A DNA stretch of 64,000 nucleotides from the NCBI RefSeq assembly GCF_006345805.1, contig NC_043004.1, forward strand, positions 87,110,001-87,174,000, written 5' to 3'. Made by a program: the position numbers and the translations under genes. Shown here in pieces: positions 50,462 to 63,789 of this stretch (position 1 is the stretch's first letter; each line of letters opens with the position of its first letter). The notes beneath the pieces are model-generated. The model was not told where the DNA came from. It made no database searches and worked only from the letters and a program-made list of their open reading frames with translations. Origin of the DNA: Octopus sinensis. Lineage: Eukaryota.

Positions 50462-51336
50462 CTGTAAGCAATCATTTAAAAGCTTAGATTTTTTTTTTTA
50501 CATCATTGCAGTATCATCAGTATCAACATCATTCTCATCGTAATCATCATAAAATAAAAATATAAATAAAGGAACAATAATGATTATTATTTAAAAACAA
50601 AAGATGAAAACCAGATTGATTTCTAAATGATATGCTAATTTTTGTTGCTGAGGAAAAAAGATTTTGTTCTTGTTATATTTCTGTGTCAATACTATCTGCA
50701 ATCCTACAAACTATATGGATCTACAGATTTATCATTATTTTGCCATTAATGTTAGCTATTCTGAATTTCATTCAGGAACAGTATTGACACGGAATCGAGA
50801 TAATTAATCAATGTTGCGCATAGTAATAAGATTTGATTGATTCTATCTAGCACTAATAATATCATTAACCCAGGGATTTGTGACAATGCTTCTGTTAAAA
50901 TGCAGTCATCTAATTAAGACTGCTAACTTGTTACTTATTATAGGATACCAATGACAATGCTGAGAAGATTTCCTTTTAATGTTTTTGTCACAACCTTAAC
51001 CCACTCCATCTCAAAGTACTCTGCTAGCTATGCATAATGACTATCCGAAATGAAATATCTACTGTCAATTGTATGTACAGATTTATCTGGTTTCATGTTA
51101 GCACTGAACATTAGGGTTATGTGAGATGTGAGTGCACTCTGCCTGCCACTAAGTAATTTTATTTCAGCTTTCAGAATAAGATTAATTAATGTAAATAAAG
51201 TTGCTGTGAAAAGCAAACTCAGAGGACTAGAAATAATAGAACAGTCTATTAATATATTTTGTCTGCAATATGATAGACTGTATGCTTAAATTAGAAAATC
51301 TAGAGAAGTGTCTATCTGTCTGTCTATCTCTTTATA

Positions 51337-51373
<37 letters not shown>

Positions 51374-53759
51374 TATGTAGGTGTGTTTACATACATATAT
51401 GTCCTGTAACTTAGCAGTTTGACAAACAGAGATGAATACCAGACTAAAAATAATAAGATTGATCAAACACTAAAAACTGGTGCTCCAGCATGGCTACTGT
51501 CCACTGACCCAGAAAAATTCCAAAACAATGATAATAAAAGAATAGAAAAAAACTTTGCTAGCAAGTAAGAAACACTTTCTCTCCTTGGATACAAGGTACA
51601 TTGTATCCAGTATTGCTAAATATGGTAGAGGGAATTAAATGTTCAGTTAAGACAAGGCTTGCAGTGACCGGAGTCGAATTCATTCTACACAAGCATATCC
51701 TGTTTTATGGAAATATTATGTTTCTGAGCATTTTGCAATAATATAGAATTCCTTGAATGTGAAAACCTATTTTGTTATTGATTTTTCATGTTAAATGGAA
51801 TTCATTGGGAAATGTGTTTCCCTTTGTGGAATTCCATGTTACAGCAAAATTTTCAGAAATGCAATACTTCAGTAACATGAGAGAGGCCTGTATTTTAATT
51901 TGAGTTTAAGAGATAGCTTGGACATTTTTGAGCTGAAGTAGTGTTTCTATTTCAAGCATAGTTTTTGATATATGAAATAGTTCCGAATTGAATAGTTTTC
52001 ATTTGGAAAAACTTGTTAGTTGAAACAATGTCATCAAAGACTAGTAAATCAGACCCAATCCCAAGATATTAGGACAGTAACTAAGATTCATAGGCTTATA
52101 ATGATGTGGGTTGGTATGAATTAGATTGAAATTAAGAGCAAATGACATCTATCCTGAAGTGCATAAGATGCCAGAGAACTAAAGTAACTGGATGGGCAAT
52201 TATTTGGTAGAATTGTATAGTGAGTGTTAACATGGGAAAACACAAATTTTAAAAATCTGTTTAATCTAAATACAACCCTTGTTTTTGAAGTTCACATGAT
52301 GATCAATGAAGCCGTCTTTATTATTAAAGCAGAAACCCATGATATGACTCCATTTCCATCAGATATCATTGATATCTGGAATTGTTGGAGCATATAATCT
52401 ACAGCTGATCATTGCAACATCAGCCACTCAACTATTAAATGAGAATGGTACATATTTTCAGGTTAGTTGACTGAGGCAAGGAAAGAAATAGCTCAATGTA
52501 TCAATGAAAATATTTGAACTCTAAAACCCTAGACCCTTAATCCATGTGCCTATCTATTTAAATCTCCATCTTTCTTTTGATCTTTCTCTTGAATCATTAA
52601 AAAACCCAGAAGCAAATTATTAGTCTTAGTTTTTCTTTTCTTCACATATTTGTTTCAGACTATAAATCATTTTTGCTTCTCCCCCATACATTCACTATTT
52701 TACCTCATCATATGAATAGAAGGCATTTCTATTCACAAATTCATATCAAGTAGTTTTCTTTTGTGTAAAATAGGACTAGAGAAGCCAATATAATATAAAT
52801 AATTTTACTTTCTATCCTTTGTGGGAGTGTGCTGACATATGTATATCATTCTTTTATATTAATCATAAGCAAGAATTTAGAAAAATATGTTATGAGACAT
52901 GACAAATTTAGTCATTTATATCCATGGGATGTATTTATGTAACTTTAATGCACATTGCCCTTCAGTTTTAACCTGCAGATAGCCCAGATTGTGTGGATCT
53001 CATGTTACCCTTGAGTGCTATGCACCATCCCATCATAATTAATCTCTCTCCCTCTCTATTTCTCCTTTCTGTCTGTCGCTTTCTCCCTCCTCTCTAGTTC
53101 TCCTTTTATCTCTTTCTCTCTCCATCTTTTCCTCTGACATGCACACCCACCTTGGTTTAAAATTGATCATTTAGTCTCAACAATTCTCTTGAAAATTGAT
53201 GAAATCTTAATTTGTTTTCTCGAAAATTATTACTATATAAAGTCACCACATAGACTAATTGAGATATTTAAAATTCTGTATCAAATTAATCTCCCAAATT
53301 AAGCTTGTATAATCTGTTGAGGAAAACAAGAGATTATATTAATTAAAGTGTAGACCACATCTCAAAAAGAAAATTACATCCAGTAGTATTTATTTTACAA
53401 TTGGTTAACTGTGTAACATAATATTAGTGTTAGTATCTTCAAACGGTCTGGCAGCATTTGTTTGCTTAGTAACTATTAGCAAGCTAAGACCCACTTTTAA
53501 AATGTCTAACAAAAGAAAAATCAATAGAATTCTCTTGGAGCCTCTTTGTAACAGATTCTAAATCCTGGGGCCTTTGCAGCTCATCAGTTATTCCCTAACA
53601 ATTCTCTGTATTTTACATCTCTCCTATTATATAGCTACCTGTATATACAGCTATATCACTTGTCGTATTGCTAGCAACATACTTCAATCAACTATTTTAT
53701 TACTGCTCCTTTCTCATTTGAGTATACACTCCCACCTTTGCAAATTATCAATAGCAGAA

Positions 53760-54420
53760 TCCTACATTCAAATGGTAACGTCACACCCGGCCAACCCTCT
53801 TGACCATAATTCCCATGACAGACATGATTTTTTTCTTTTATACTTCTACATTCAAAATAGCCGTTTATCCTTAGACCCCCTCCCAGCCGCACACGCGTGT
53901 ATGTACACACTTATTTTATTTTCTCTATCATATAGGTCATTTCATAGTTTATCGATACCAATATTTTTCACCCTGCTGTTATGTTTTCTATAAAACTATC
54001 AACACAATTATTGATGTTCACAACGCATTAAGAACTACCATTGCGACGCGCCACCTGTTGATGTTAACATATTAAATACTTATGTCGTAGCAGTTTACTT
54101 AAGCGATTAATATATTCTAAATCACGATACATATATTCGGTTTCTTTTCATGTAATGTACTCGTTTCTTTTGACTTACGATATTGTAGGCACACATTTTA
54201 TCACCTTACACCTACACAGGGTGAAATGCGAAGTTGAGTTGAGGCTACGCTTCTTTTCAGAAACGTACGTCGACCCTGTAAAGCCCCTTGTCCCGTTGGT
54301 TACCGGAAGCACAAAACCTCCATCAAATTATGCATTACCTATATTAGAAGATGCTCTGATAACATTTATGTCGCTCTCGAGTAACAACTCTTAAAAAAAT
54401 TGCTAATTTACTTATCGTGT
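53760..54420. promoter_or_regulatory. CpG-rich promoter-like region; possible minus-strand first exon ending at 54179 (ATG 54196, MCAYNI|GTAAGT)
   Basis: Highest non-repeat CpG density seen in the window, ETS-type CCGGAAG at 54303, AAAATG context and a perfect donor. Confidence 0.5.
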
Positions 54421-55214
54421 TTTAAAACAATAGTTTAACAAGTATTTTTGACAGCTAAATTTTAGTAAAGAAAAAAATTGGATGATGTATTTTAGACTTT
54501 ATCAGGAAATCTTATTGTGATTTTTGTTGTTGTATAGCCACAGGTCAGCCTTGATAGAACAGATCTCTAATCAGTCATTCCAGTCGTGACCTTCTCACCC
54601 TGCGCTACATTGTCTGATATTTTCCTCTTTCTATTCTAAGACGGTGGGAAGTGATTTGAACGAGATTAGGTTACTATTTCTCTTAAAATCGAACAATTGT
54701 ATAGAGATTCCCTTGTTAGTTGGTTTTGATTGTTAAATCAAGTGAATTCAATAACAGTTACAAGTGTCGAAAACTTCGGGGTTTTTTTTAGTCTTTTTTT
54801 TTTTTTGTTCAAGTAAAATTAAATAATCAATTCCCCCTGGTGAAGAATTCTAATTTCATTGAATATATCAGATTCTTCCTTTTCTTTTCCTGTACGTTAT
54901 CGAAGGCAAATTTAGCCGAAATAAAAAATCAATTTTTTCTTCTCGATCATGTGCTATTCAGGGGAGGTAACTCTTGCCATTCCGTATTTCTCATCAATTG
55001 ACGCATTCATTTTTTTTTTTTTAAAGAAAATTTACTCTTATGTATTTGTTTTGCAAGATTCTTGATGTCGAATCGTGTGTTGGAACAGATATTGTTACAT
55101 GTGGGGATCGTCAACTTTTGCCAAATACACAAACGCACTATTTATTTGATCTTCACTTTAGATTATTATTATTATTATTATTACTATTAGTAGTAGTAGT
55201 AGTAGTAGTAAGAC

Positions 55215-55547
55215 CAGTGATTCTCAACTGGGGTCCATATGGCCCCTGAGGGTCTATATAATATTTTAAGGGGTCCACCCAACAAAATAGTAAATTAGGG
55301 ATCCACAATAGTGTTTTAAGGGCCCCTGAAAAAGTTTTGCTTCAGATGTATGCAAGAAACAGCTAGGTTTCTTTCTCTGACATTTTACATAGTTCAACCA
55401 CAAGTTAATGTAAGGAGAACGAAATAGGAATTTTGGAAGAAGTTTCTATAAAACTAGTTTTTAAACATTGAATGGCTTTAGGGATCCACCAGAATAAAAT
55501 AGTAATCAAAGGGGTACATAGATAAATAAAATGGTTGAGAATCCCTA
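55215..55547. mobile_element. hAT-type MITE
   Basis: TIRs CAGTGATTCTCAAC / GTTGAGAATCCCTA; degenerate 8-bp TSD AGTAAGAC / AATTAGAC. Confidence 0.75.
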
Positions 55548-55599
55548 AATTAGACCATCATAGAGAATGGGATCTATACAGGAGTAAATCTTGGAATAG

Positions 55600-56560
55600 C
55601 TTAGAAAGAATTAAAAGGAGGTAGATAGTATGACAATCAAAAATACCAGAGTGTCACATTCAGCAATACTACTCCTGGAGGTGAACTAGCATATCAATTT
55701 AGGAAAACTTTAGATGAGATTAATCTATAGATTAAAGTAGTAGAAAGGCCAAGGTTCCCCTAAAATCCCTGATCTGTAGAACATACCCATTTGAAAGAAA
55801 CCCCTCTACTAATAGAAACTGTATGGTGTGTCAAGTAAACCCACAGATAAACTGGAAAACTAGGAATGTAGTCTATAGTATAAGGTGTACAGAAGGATGT
55901 TGCTGAAGCAGGACAATGACATGTATTGGAGAGACACCATGTAGCATAGGTGTGTGGATAAGGGAACACTGGCAGGAACTCCAAGGAAAGAAAAGATCGT
56001 CAGTGCTCTACCAACATGCTCAATTAGAACATGGAGGCTCAGTTGATAACATAGATGTTAGGATCTTATCAGCATATAGAACAGACACAACACTCAGATC
56101 ATGGAGGCCACATACATAATACAAGATAGACTAAGACTCAGTAGCAAATGTGAATGGAATAATAACACTCCTCTCTCCACACTAGGCAGTCTGATGATGA
56201 GAGACAGAAAGAAGAGGAAAAATCAATGAATAAAAGACACCAGTACAAACTGTAATATATAAATCCAGATACACACACACACAAGACACACATGTACTTG
56301 AGACAGAATGAGAAAAATAGATAAAAGATACAGGTATAAACTGTGTAGTGTACAAGCCCATATACATGCATACAACACACACATGTTAAACACACACACA
56401 AATACAGACCTACATGCATGTACAGACAGGCATACATGCCACAGAAAGACAAAATGGTATAGGCAGGATGAGAGAAGATACACAGGATAGACAGTCACTG
56501 AAGAGGTCACAGAATATGTGATGAAAAACTCTGACAAATAAACTAATAATAATAATTATA
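55600..56560 (+). mobile_element. Penelope-like element 3' part: linker + GIY-YIG endonuclease + 3' repeat, pseudogenised
   Basis: TPGGELA..IKVVE..LKSLIC..PF..CMVC..NVVYSIRC..C..IGET..IREH..SVLYQHAQLEH..IMEATYI..KCEW, ending in an (AAT)n tail. Confidence 0.85.
56494..56535 (+). ncRNA. Degenerate hammerhead ribozyme-like motif in the PLE 3' region
   Basis: GTCA-CTGAAGA-GGTCAC(AGAATAT)GTGAT-GAAAAACTC-TGAC: perfect 4-bp stem I, 5-bp stem II and an irregular stem III. Confidence 0.55.
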
Positions 56561-57218
56561 AGGCTAAAGTGAAGATCAAATAAATAGTGCATATGTTTAA
56601 TTGGCAAAAGATGACTCTCTCCAAATATAACAATAAACTTTCTCTGATCTATAAGATAGGGAAAATGTGATGTTGTGAAGTTCAAGCAGTATAAATGATA
56701 GGAAATTGCTGCAATCTGAAATCAAAGACAAGTCACCAGTTCATGTAGGGATTTCATACATTAGTAGAAAAATGTAGACGTTTGGGTCAATTTTGAAGGG
56801 TTGAAGGTTAGAGTTCACCTGAGCAGAATTTGAACTCAAATTAAACTGAATACTTTAAAGAATTTATTCTGTTGTTTCTACCCTTAATATTGATCATTAG
56901 ATAAAGTGGTTTTGGACAAAAATGGTAGAGTGATTGACTGAATGCTTTTTTGTTTTGTGGTTTTTATTGCCCAATTCTAAATCCTAATGAGGAAGTCAAA
57001 TGTGTTTATGGCCTCAGCAGTATGTAAGAATAAATACCAGTATCACATTGTGGTTAACTCAGTTGACTCTACTCATTTCCTCATAAAAATGTACCTTATT
57101 TTATTCAAAATAAATATGTCCCATAACTTTTAATGAGTTTTTTATGGATAACATCTGTTAGTTTTGTTGTTGTGAAGTGTATAAAGGAAAAGCCAGCCTG
57201 TCAAGACCCATTCTTCAG

Positions 57219-57245
57219 GTTATCGAGAACAGCTGGAAATTACAG
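57219..57245 (+). CDS. Candidate 27-nt exon (all three frames open; may extend to 57162)
   Basis: CCCATTCTTCAG| ... CAG|GTACAA. No homology recognised. Confidence 0.2.
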
Positions 57246-58384
57246 GTACAATAAGTGAAGTAAACCTAAATTACAAGGTCAATTTGTCTGGTGTTTACCT
57301 TCAACCACAATACTAAATAAATATTTAATCAATTTTTGTTGTTGTTTAGCCTGGGTTATCTTTGATTAAAGGTGTTACAACCATGACCATCCCATCTTTT
57401 GATGAATCAAGGACTTTATTCTCTAACATGTCCTTCCTTCTCTAATCAACTGGTAGTGTGATTTGTAAAAAATTTGGCTACTTTTTCTAATGGGTTGAAC
57501 AACCACATTAAAGCTGTTTGGGTTTTTTTGTGTTTGTTTTTATCACTTTTTTTTTCCACATTTGAAAGATGATTACATTAAATATGTTGAATTCTTCGTT
57601 GACTCCATATCTTTCATGCATTCATCTTTTTGGTTACTACTTAGTAAAAAGAGTTTTTTTTTTTTTTAAATCACTAAAGGTCTTTTAGTGCATCAGGAAA
57701 TAATCCCACCTTAATTTAGTGTAGTTAGTGTTGGGAGGGAAGATACACATTATCAGTAGTTGATAGATACTCTCTATACTTTCAATGGCACACACTTACA
57801 TATTAAACAATATGTTTTATTGATATCACTGAAACAAATAGACAACATTGCAAGGTGGACATATTGCAAATGGAGAAAGGAAAGAATAAAAAGAAAACTG
57901 GGACTCACATAAGCCCAGAAAGAGATTAATGATGAAAAATAAGTAGACTGTCATAGGTTATATCATATCAGTTGTTAAATAATGTACTTAAGGAGTGGAA
58001 ATTCACATTAACTATTCAGTATTTTCTTGTTATTTAATACATATTTTGCTGTTCAGAACATATAAGCTAATAAAGTATCAGTTGTTTTATTGATTTTTTT
58101 TCTCTTTTTTTGTTAACTTGCAATTAGCAATAGGATCCATTCAAAACTTAATTAAAATACAGCTTTTACCAAGTATACTAAAGGTTATATTTTATGATTA
58201 TAATTAAAGTAGTTTTGGACTATACAGTATAGTAGATCTCATGTTTCTAACTACTGAGTAAAAATGTATTTTTAACACAGTACTAGAAAGGTACAATTTC
58301 TAATTAGCTTAGATCATTAACCATTGACAAGAATTTTACAAATATTGACTCTCTATTGTTAGGTTCCTTTAAGCAAACTTCTTT

Positions 58385-58533
58385 TCTACTCTAGGCACAA
58401 TGCCCGAAATTTTGGGGAAGGGGTCTTATCAATTAGATTGACCCCCAGTATGAACTGGAACTTAATTTATTGACCCCAAAAGGATGAAAGGCAAAGTTGA
58501 CCTCAGCAGAATTTGAACTCAGAACATAAAGAC
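58385..58533 (-). mobile_element. SINE family D
   Basis: GGATGAAAGGCAAAGTTGACCTCAGCAGAATTTGAACTCAGAAC. Confidence 0.85.
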
Positions 58534-60299
58534 CCTTCAAGCAAAATTCTGACTTCCAAATTTACAGGATCATCCAGTTAGTGAAGGCATAGAACAATTA
58601 GAGAATTTTGAAATATGATAAATTTTATTTATTTTCTAAATTAGAACAGAAGTACAAAGGAAGCCAAAATGTTTTGGAGTTTTGAGGTCATAATTTAAAA
58701 GAAATGTTTGGTTGGATTATATTCATCTCTGCAAGTACTTTATGGCAATAATTTCCAATATTTCTGTGACTCTGTCACCCTATGGGTAATACTCCTAACT
58801 ACTATCTACAATACTCTAACCTCTCATAGCACCTCGGTTGGAAACCACTACTTTGTAGAAAGAGTTAGTGAAATTTTCCAGAAAATTCAAAAACTTTGTG
58901 TCTGTGGAGGCTGGACAGCATTCATAAACTTTTGAAATGCTTTATGATTGGTGATGGTGTTGGAGGACTTAAGGCAAAAAGAGATTTACATAGAAATTCA
59001 GTCTTGACAAAGAACTGCTCATGGTCCTGTCTCATTGATTTATAGTATATAATGAATGATAGATTAACAGCCAGTCCCTCAAATAGTAGAGACAGATTTA
59101 GTAAACATATATAAAGATTATACAGATGTTTTCTCATAAGTTGTACTAGTTTAATTTTTTTTTTATCTGTAGCTTGAAATCTTTATCTTTACATGTGTAA
59201 ATATGTATTAATATCTATCTCATACTTTTTGGCAACAGAGGCTGTTTTTCAAGTTCAAAAATTTCAGTTTCTCTTTCTTAAAGTAACTATCAGCAGGAAG
59301 AAATTCCAGTAGCATGGATTTGTTTATAACAGATCTCAACTTGCCAAGGAGTGACCCACATGCTATGGTTTCAAGATCATTCTCTCTGGCACATGTAGAA
59401 TGAGACAAGCAGCATCATTGGGCTACCACTGGCTCAGTTTTAGTCTTGAACTCATCTTTTTAGCCAGTCCATTAGATATTGCCCTGGTCTGCTCACTCTG
59501 CTGTTGTGGGTCATGAAGAGGGAGTACTTATGAGTTAACCTAATTGGAGTACCACACTCCTGACAGCATCTTCCCTTGGAGTCATTGGACCATGCAAATC
59601 CTCCACCATGTTCAGCAGCCCTCATACATTGATAAAATAAATAGTCATTTGCATGACAATATATGATCAATAATATACCATCAGTGGGTAATCAGCCTCA
59701 CTGACATTTTACTAGAAAAGTATGGTACCTGTTGCTAACAACTAACTGCACCGAAGCTATGTAGAATAAAATGCTTTGTTCAGAAAGGTATTAAAACAAT
59801 AGCAGTAGATTCATGAGCAGGTTGACCTGTTTCCTAGCTACCGAACCATTTTGTCTCTCCCATGTTATTGTATGTGGTGTGCATATATGTAAATATGCTC
59901 ACACATACACACACACACATATATGTGTGTGTGTGTGTGCATGAGCTTACACACACACACACACACACACATATTTACTCATGTATGAATGTCTGTACAC
60001 ACAGAAGGGAATGTTTAGAAGCAAATTTAGACGAGAGTGAGTCAATAAGGGCAGAATTTGTTCATTCGTTTTTACATGTATTTCCATGTTAGCATGGGTT
60101 AGATGAATGTTATTAAAGCATTGTTTTAGAATCAGATGCCCTTCCTATCATTAACCCTTACATGCTTTACAAATGAAGGATATTTTATTTTACACATTTT
60201 CAAAGGCAAGAAATAAGCAGTTGTTTTTGTTGTTTGTTTTTTTTTTGACAAAAGTGACAACACATTACCTGTAGCTTATACCTTTCAAAGAGCACAAAT

Positions 60300-60310
60300 G
60301 TAAACGCGCG

Positions 60311-60351
<41 letters not shown>

Positions 60352-60525
60352 CACACACACATGTACAATGGGCTTCTTTCAGCTTCCCTCCACCAAATTC
60401 ACTCACAAGGTTTTGGCTGGCCTGAAACTCTAATAGGAACTCGCCCAATGTGCCACATACTGGGACTGAACCGAACATTATGTGGTTAGAAAGTGAACTT
60501 TTCTTAATCACACAGCCATACCTAC
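60300..60525 (-). mobile_element. SINE family A head with (CA)n
   Basis: GGGCTTCTTTCAGCTTCC...GGGACTGAACC...ACACAGCCATACCT. Confidence 0.8.
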
Positions 60526-61432
60526 ACCTACTTTTGCAGTTGTATCAAAAATTGTAAATGTTAACAAGAAAATGATTGTGAAGCTAGAGGTTTGATTAAA
60601 TCTCTGTGCATGCCATGTTTGTCCCTTGATGGATTTTCCGTGATATTTAATTACAATTTATTCATTATGACACTTAAACTGAGAATTGGATGCTAGGAGT
60701 GGATGTATCTGTTGGAACAAATTAACATTAAACATTTATAGACATCTGATATTTAGTTCATAGAACAGTTGGGTTTTTTTTCTCTCTCTCTCTTTGGTGG
60801 GGAATGGCTTAATTAGTGGTTTGTAGGAGAAGGTTTCTCATTATTCCATTTGTAAGTATATAAAGCTACCAACTGAGTAATGTACAGAAGAGTCATCTTT
60901 CTCCTTATGGTTTCCTTTTATAATACACTCCTTTCTGTCTTTAGTTTCCTTTCACATTTTATATTATGTGCTTCAGTGATTTTTATTTTTGATATCTGAA
61001 TGTTGTCTTAATCATTTACTTATGTTCCTTCTTCTCTCTCTTTTCATTTGATTCTCTCTTGTGCATTTTGTTCTTTCCCTCCTCTCCCTCTCATTCAGTT
61101 CAGTGATTTCCATTACATTTTATGAAGACTATTTAACAGGAAATATTAATATGTTAATTTGCTTTTTCATCCTTGTCAAGGATTGCTCTTGAACAATAGG
61201 TGATTGAGCTAAGGCTTTCTTTCCTAAGTTTATAGCAGATTGTGATTATAACCATTGCAGCTTCAATGAATTGTTCTTGATTTTTGCCATTTTCATAACA
61301 CCTTGGTTTCTAATGTCCTTGAGAGAAGCCTAATTTTTACACAAGGTCATTCTCTTCCCTGAATAAATCTGAGGCCTTGTGCACACATAATATATAATAC
61401 AGTTTCAATTGCATGTGTGTATATGTATTGTC

Positions 61433-61580
61433 ATCATCATCATCATCATCTTCCATGCTGGCATGGGTTGGATGGTTTAACAGGAGCTGGCAAGCCAGTA
61501 GATTGCATCAAACTGCATTTTCTATTTTGGCATGCTCTTTACAGCTGGATGCCATTCATAACACCAACCACTTTACAGAA
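61433..61580 (-). mobile_element. SINE family B (3' part)
   Basis: (CAT)n, CCATGCTGGCATGGGTTGG and ACAGCTGGATGCC. Confidence 0.8.
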
Positions 61581-61611
61581 TAATGTACATATGTATTTAT
61601 ATATATGTATA

Positions 61612-62497
61612 CAAGGGGGAACACAAAAGAAACCAGAATTTTGCAGTATTATTTCCTTCACTTAGTCTTACATGTTTACACTTTTATCACCTTCAAAGTA
61701 TTCTCCATTTGAAGCAATGCATTGGTCCAGGTGCATTTTCCACTATTCAAAGCAGTGCTGGAACTCATGTGAAGTGATGCCTTTTAATACCTCTGTTATT
61801 TTTTTCTTCACCTCTTCCACATCTGCAGATTCCATAGCACCATCTTTCATCACCAGTGATGACCTTTCGGGAAAAGGTCTGGATCAACTTCCAACTGTTC
61901 TTTCAGTTCACAATATGCATTCAGTCATGACTGCTTTAGATCTTCCGTAAACAAGCAAGACACAAATTTTACTGCAATGCTTTTCATTCACAATTCCTTG
62001 CTCAAAATTCATTGGCAAGTGCTCCAGGACACACCAGTCATATCAACAAGTTCATGAATTATTCAATGGTAGTCCCCCAAGATCAGTTCATGGATTTCCC
62101 TGATGTTTTCATTCATTTGGGAGGTCAACAGTCATTCTGAACGATGTTGGTCTTCAAGCGACAAGTAACCATTCCTAAAGCATGTAAACCACTTGTAAGC
62201 TTGTGTTTTGCTCATGGCAGTGTCCTTGTAAGGTGTTTGAAGCATGGCAACTGTTTTGGCCACCATTTTCCCCAGCAGAAATCAGAATTTCACAGAAGCA
62301 CACTGTTCCTTTGTTTCAATCATCGCGAAAATTAATGAACAAAGACAAGCTACATGGCAGTGCAGTCTCACTCAACAATGCCAGTCAGCAGACTGATGCC
62401 CGAAGGTTGCATCAAGTGGCTTCTAGCAGTGGAAGCCTGAACTACAATGGGCTTGTCCAACAGAGAACGTTTCCGGTTACTTTTGGCTACCCCCTCA
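61612..62497. mobile_element. Internally deleted mariner-like element
   Basis: Degenerate TIRs CAAGGGGGAACACAAAAGAAACCAGAA / TTCCGGTTACTTTTGGCTACCCCCTCA, with TA at 61610 and 62498. Confidence 0.7.
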
Positions 62498-63789
62498 TAT
62501 ATGTTTATGCATATATATGTGTGTGTGTGTTTAGTTTCAATTAATTTGCAACAAATTATTTTTAAAATGTATACATATTTGAAGATGTCATTTATGTCAT
62601 CAAATTGGGGAACTGAAAACAATTACTGTGATACTGATATATCCAAAAAAATATCAAGAAATCAAATCCAGTGAGGGACTTGTTAGCAAGCTGCAACAAA
62701 TCCCATAAATATATCAGGTTTTATTTACAGTTCAATATTGAATGCTGTTTATATAAAATATGTTCCTCAACTTCAATTAACATAGCTGAAAATTTGCTGT
62801 CACTACAAATTAATAGTTATTATTTGGATGGGTATCCTTTACCAAATATTCTAGGAAAAGATTAATAAGAAAAATAAATTTGATAATTATCTGGATCTTC
62901 TACAATGATTTTGTTCTGAAATTTTTAATCAGTATACAAAACTTAAACTACCCATTAGTTGGTTTATTTTCACAAGCCAAAAATAATTTTATCAAATAGT
63001 TTCCCTTAAGGATATAAATATTATTTACAAGAAAATTTGTTTTAAATTTCAAAACCAAGATAAATTCTGATTAGTTTTTACAATATAAATGACAGTATAG
63101 TAAATACTGTTCCAAGAATATAGTAATTATTGCCTTTGTATATTACCTATGGGATGATAATAACAATAAAGAAATATTAACTCTGCTGATGTGTACATAT
63201 ATTTCACTCTCTTTCTTATTGTATATAATTTGATGTTAGTTATTCCCATCATGAGTAGCACATATCAAGTATGATTATAACAAAGTTATCTACTATTACA
63301 TGTAAATAGTGTCCTTTGAAATTTAAGGCAATATTAATAAATTAGCTATCACTAAAAACAAAGCATTTCACTGAATTGCAGATATATTTCTAAGTAAAGA
63401 AGTATTTCCTGGCAAATTTTTCTGACTATCAAAAATTCTCTTCAAGACAAACATTAGTTTTAATGATATCAACATTTTACCTATATTATTAAATTTGGTA
63501 CTGTTAAACTTCAAAATAACATTTAAGATATTTTTGTTTTAGTATTCAGTCAGTGGTGGGAGAGTAACACCCATGATCCTTCAGTTTTGGAGCCTTTCAA
63601 GCTTGATGGAAGGAGAGGTGGATGTTATTTTCAAACTAGAGATTTGGCCTTGAATGGTTGCAAAAGAGGAAGAACCATGTGGTGGTGTTAAAACAGAAAG
63701 TAGATTAAGTATAACACCTAAGAACACAAAACACAAAGAACTGAAATAAATACCACAAGGTATCATGTCTTATGCTCTAAGAATTTTTC

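Noticed and set aside
54250-54380. TYVDP motif suggesting an Eph receptor juxtamembrane exon
   Set aside because: The following residues do not match TYEDP or a kinase, and the CpG-rich context fits a promoter better.
55904-55906. In-frame TGA inside the PLE GIY-YIG region, considered as Sec recoding
   Set aside because: The copy has other stops and frameshifts and no SECIS was seen; a simple decay mutation is more likely.
56187-56215. CTGATGA...GAAAG as another hammerhead
   Set aside because: No stem I or stem II pairing. Other CTGANGA hits (7371, 23501, 42807, 45785) also lack GAAA or stems.
59200-59700. Higher-GC stretch, possibly coding
   Set aside because: Stops in all frames; probably a decayed LINE 5' region, but too degraded to call.
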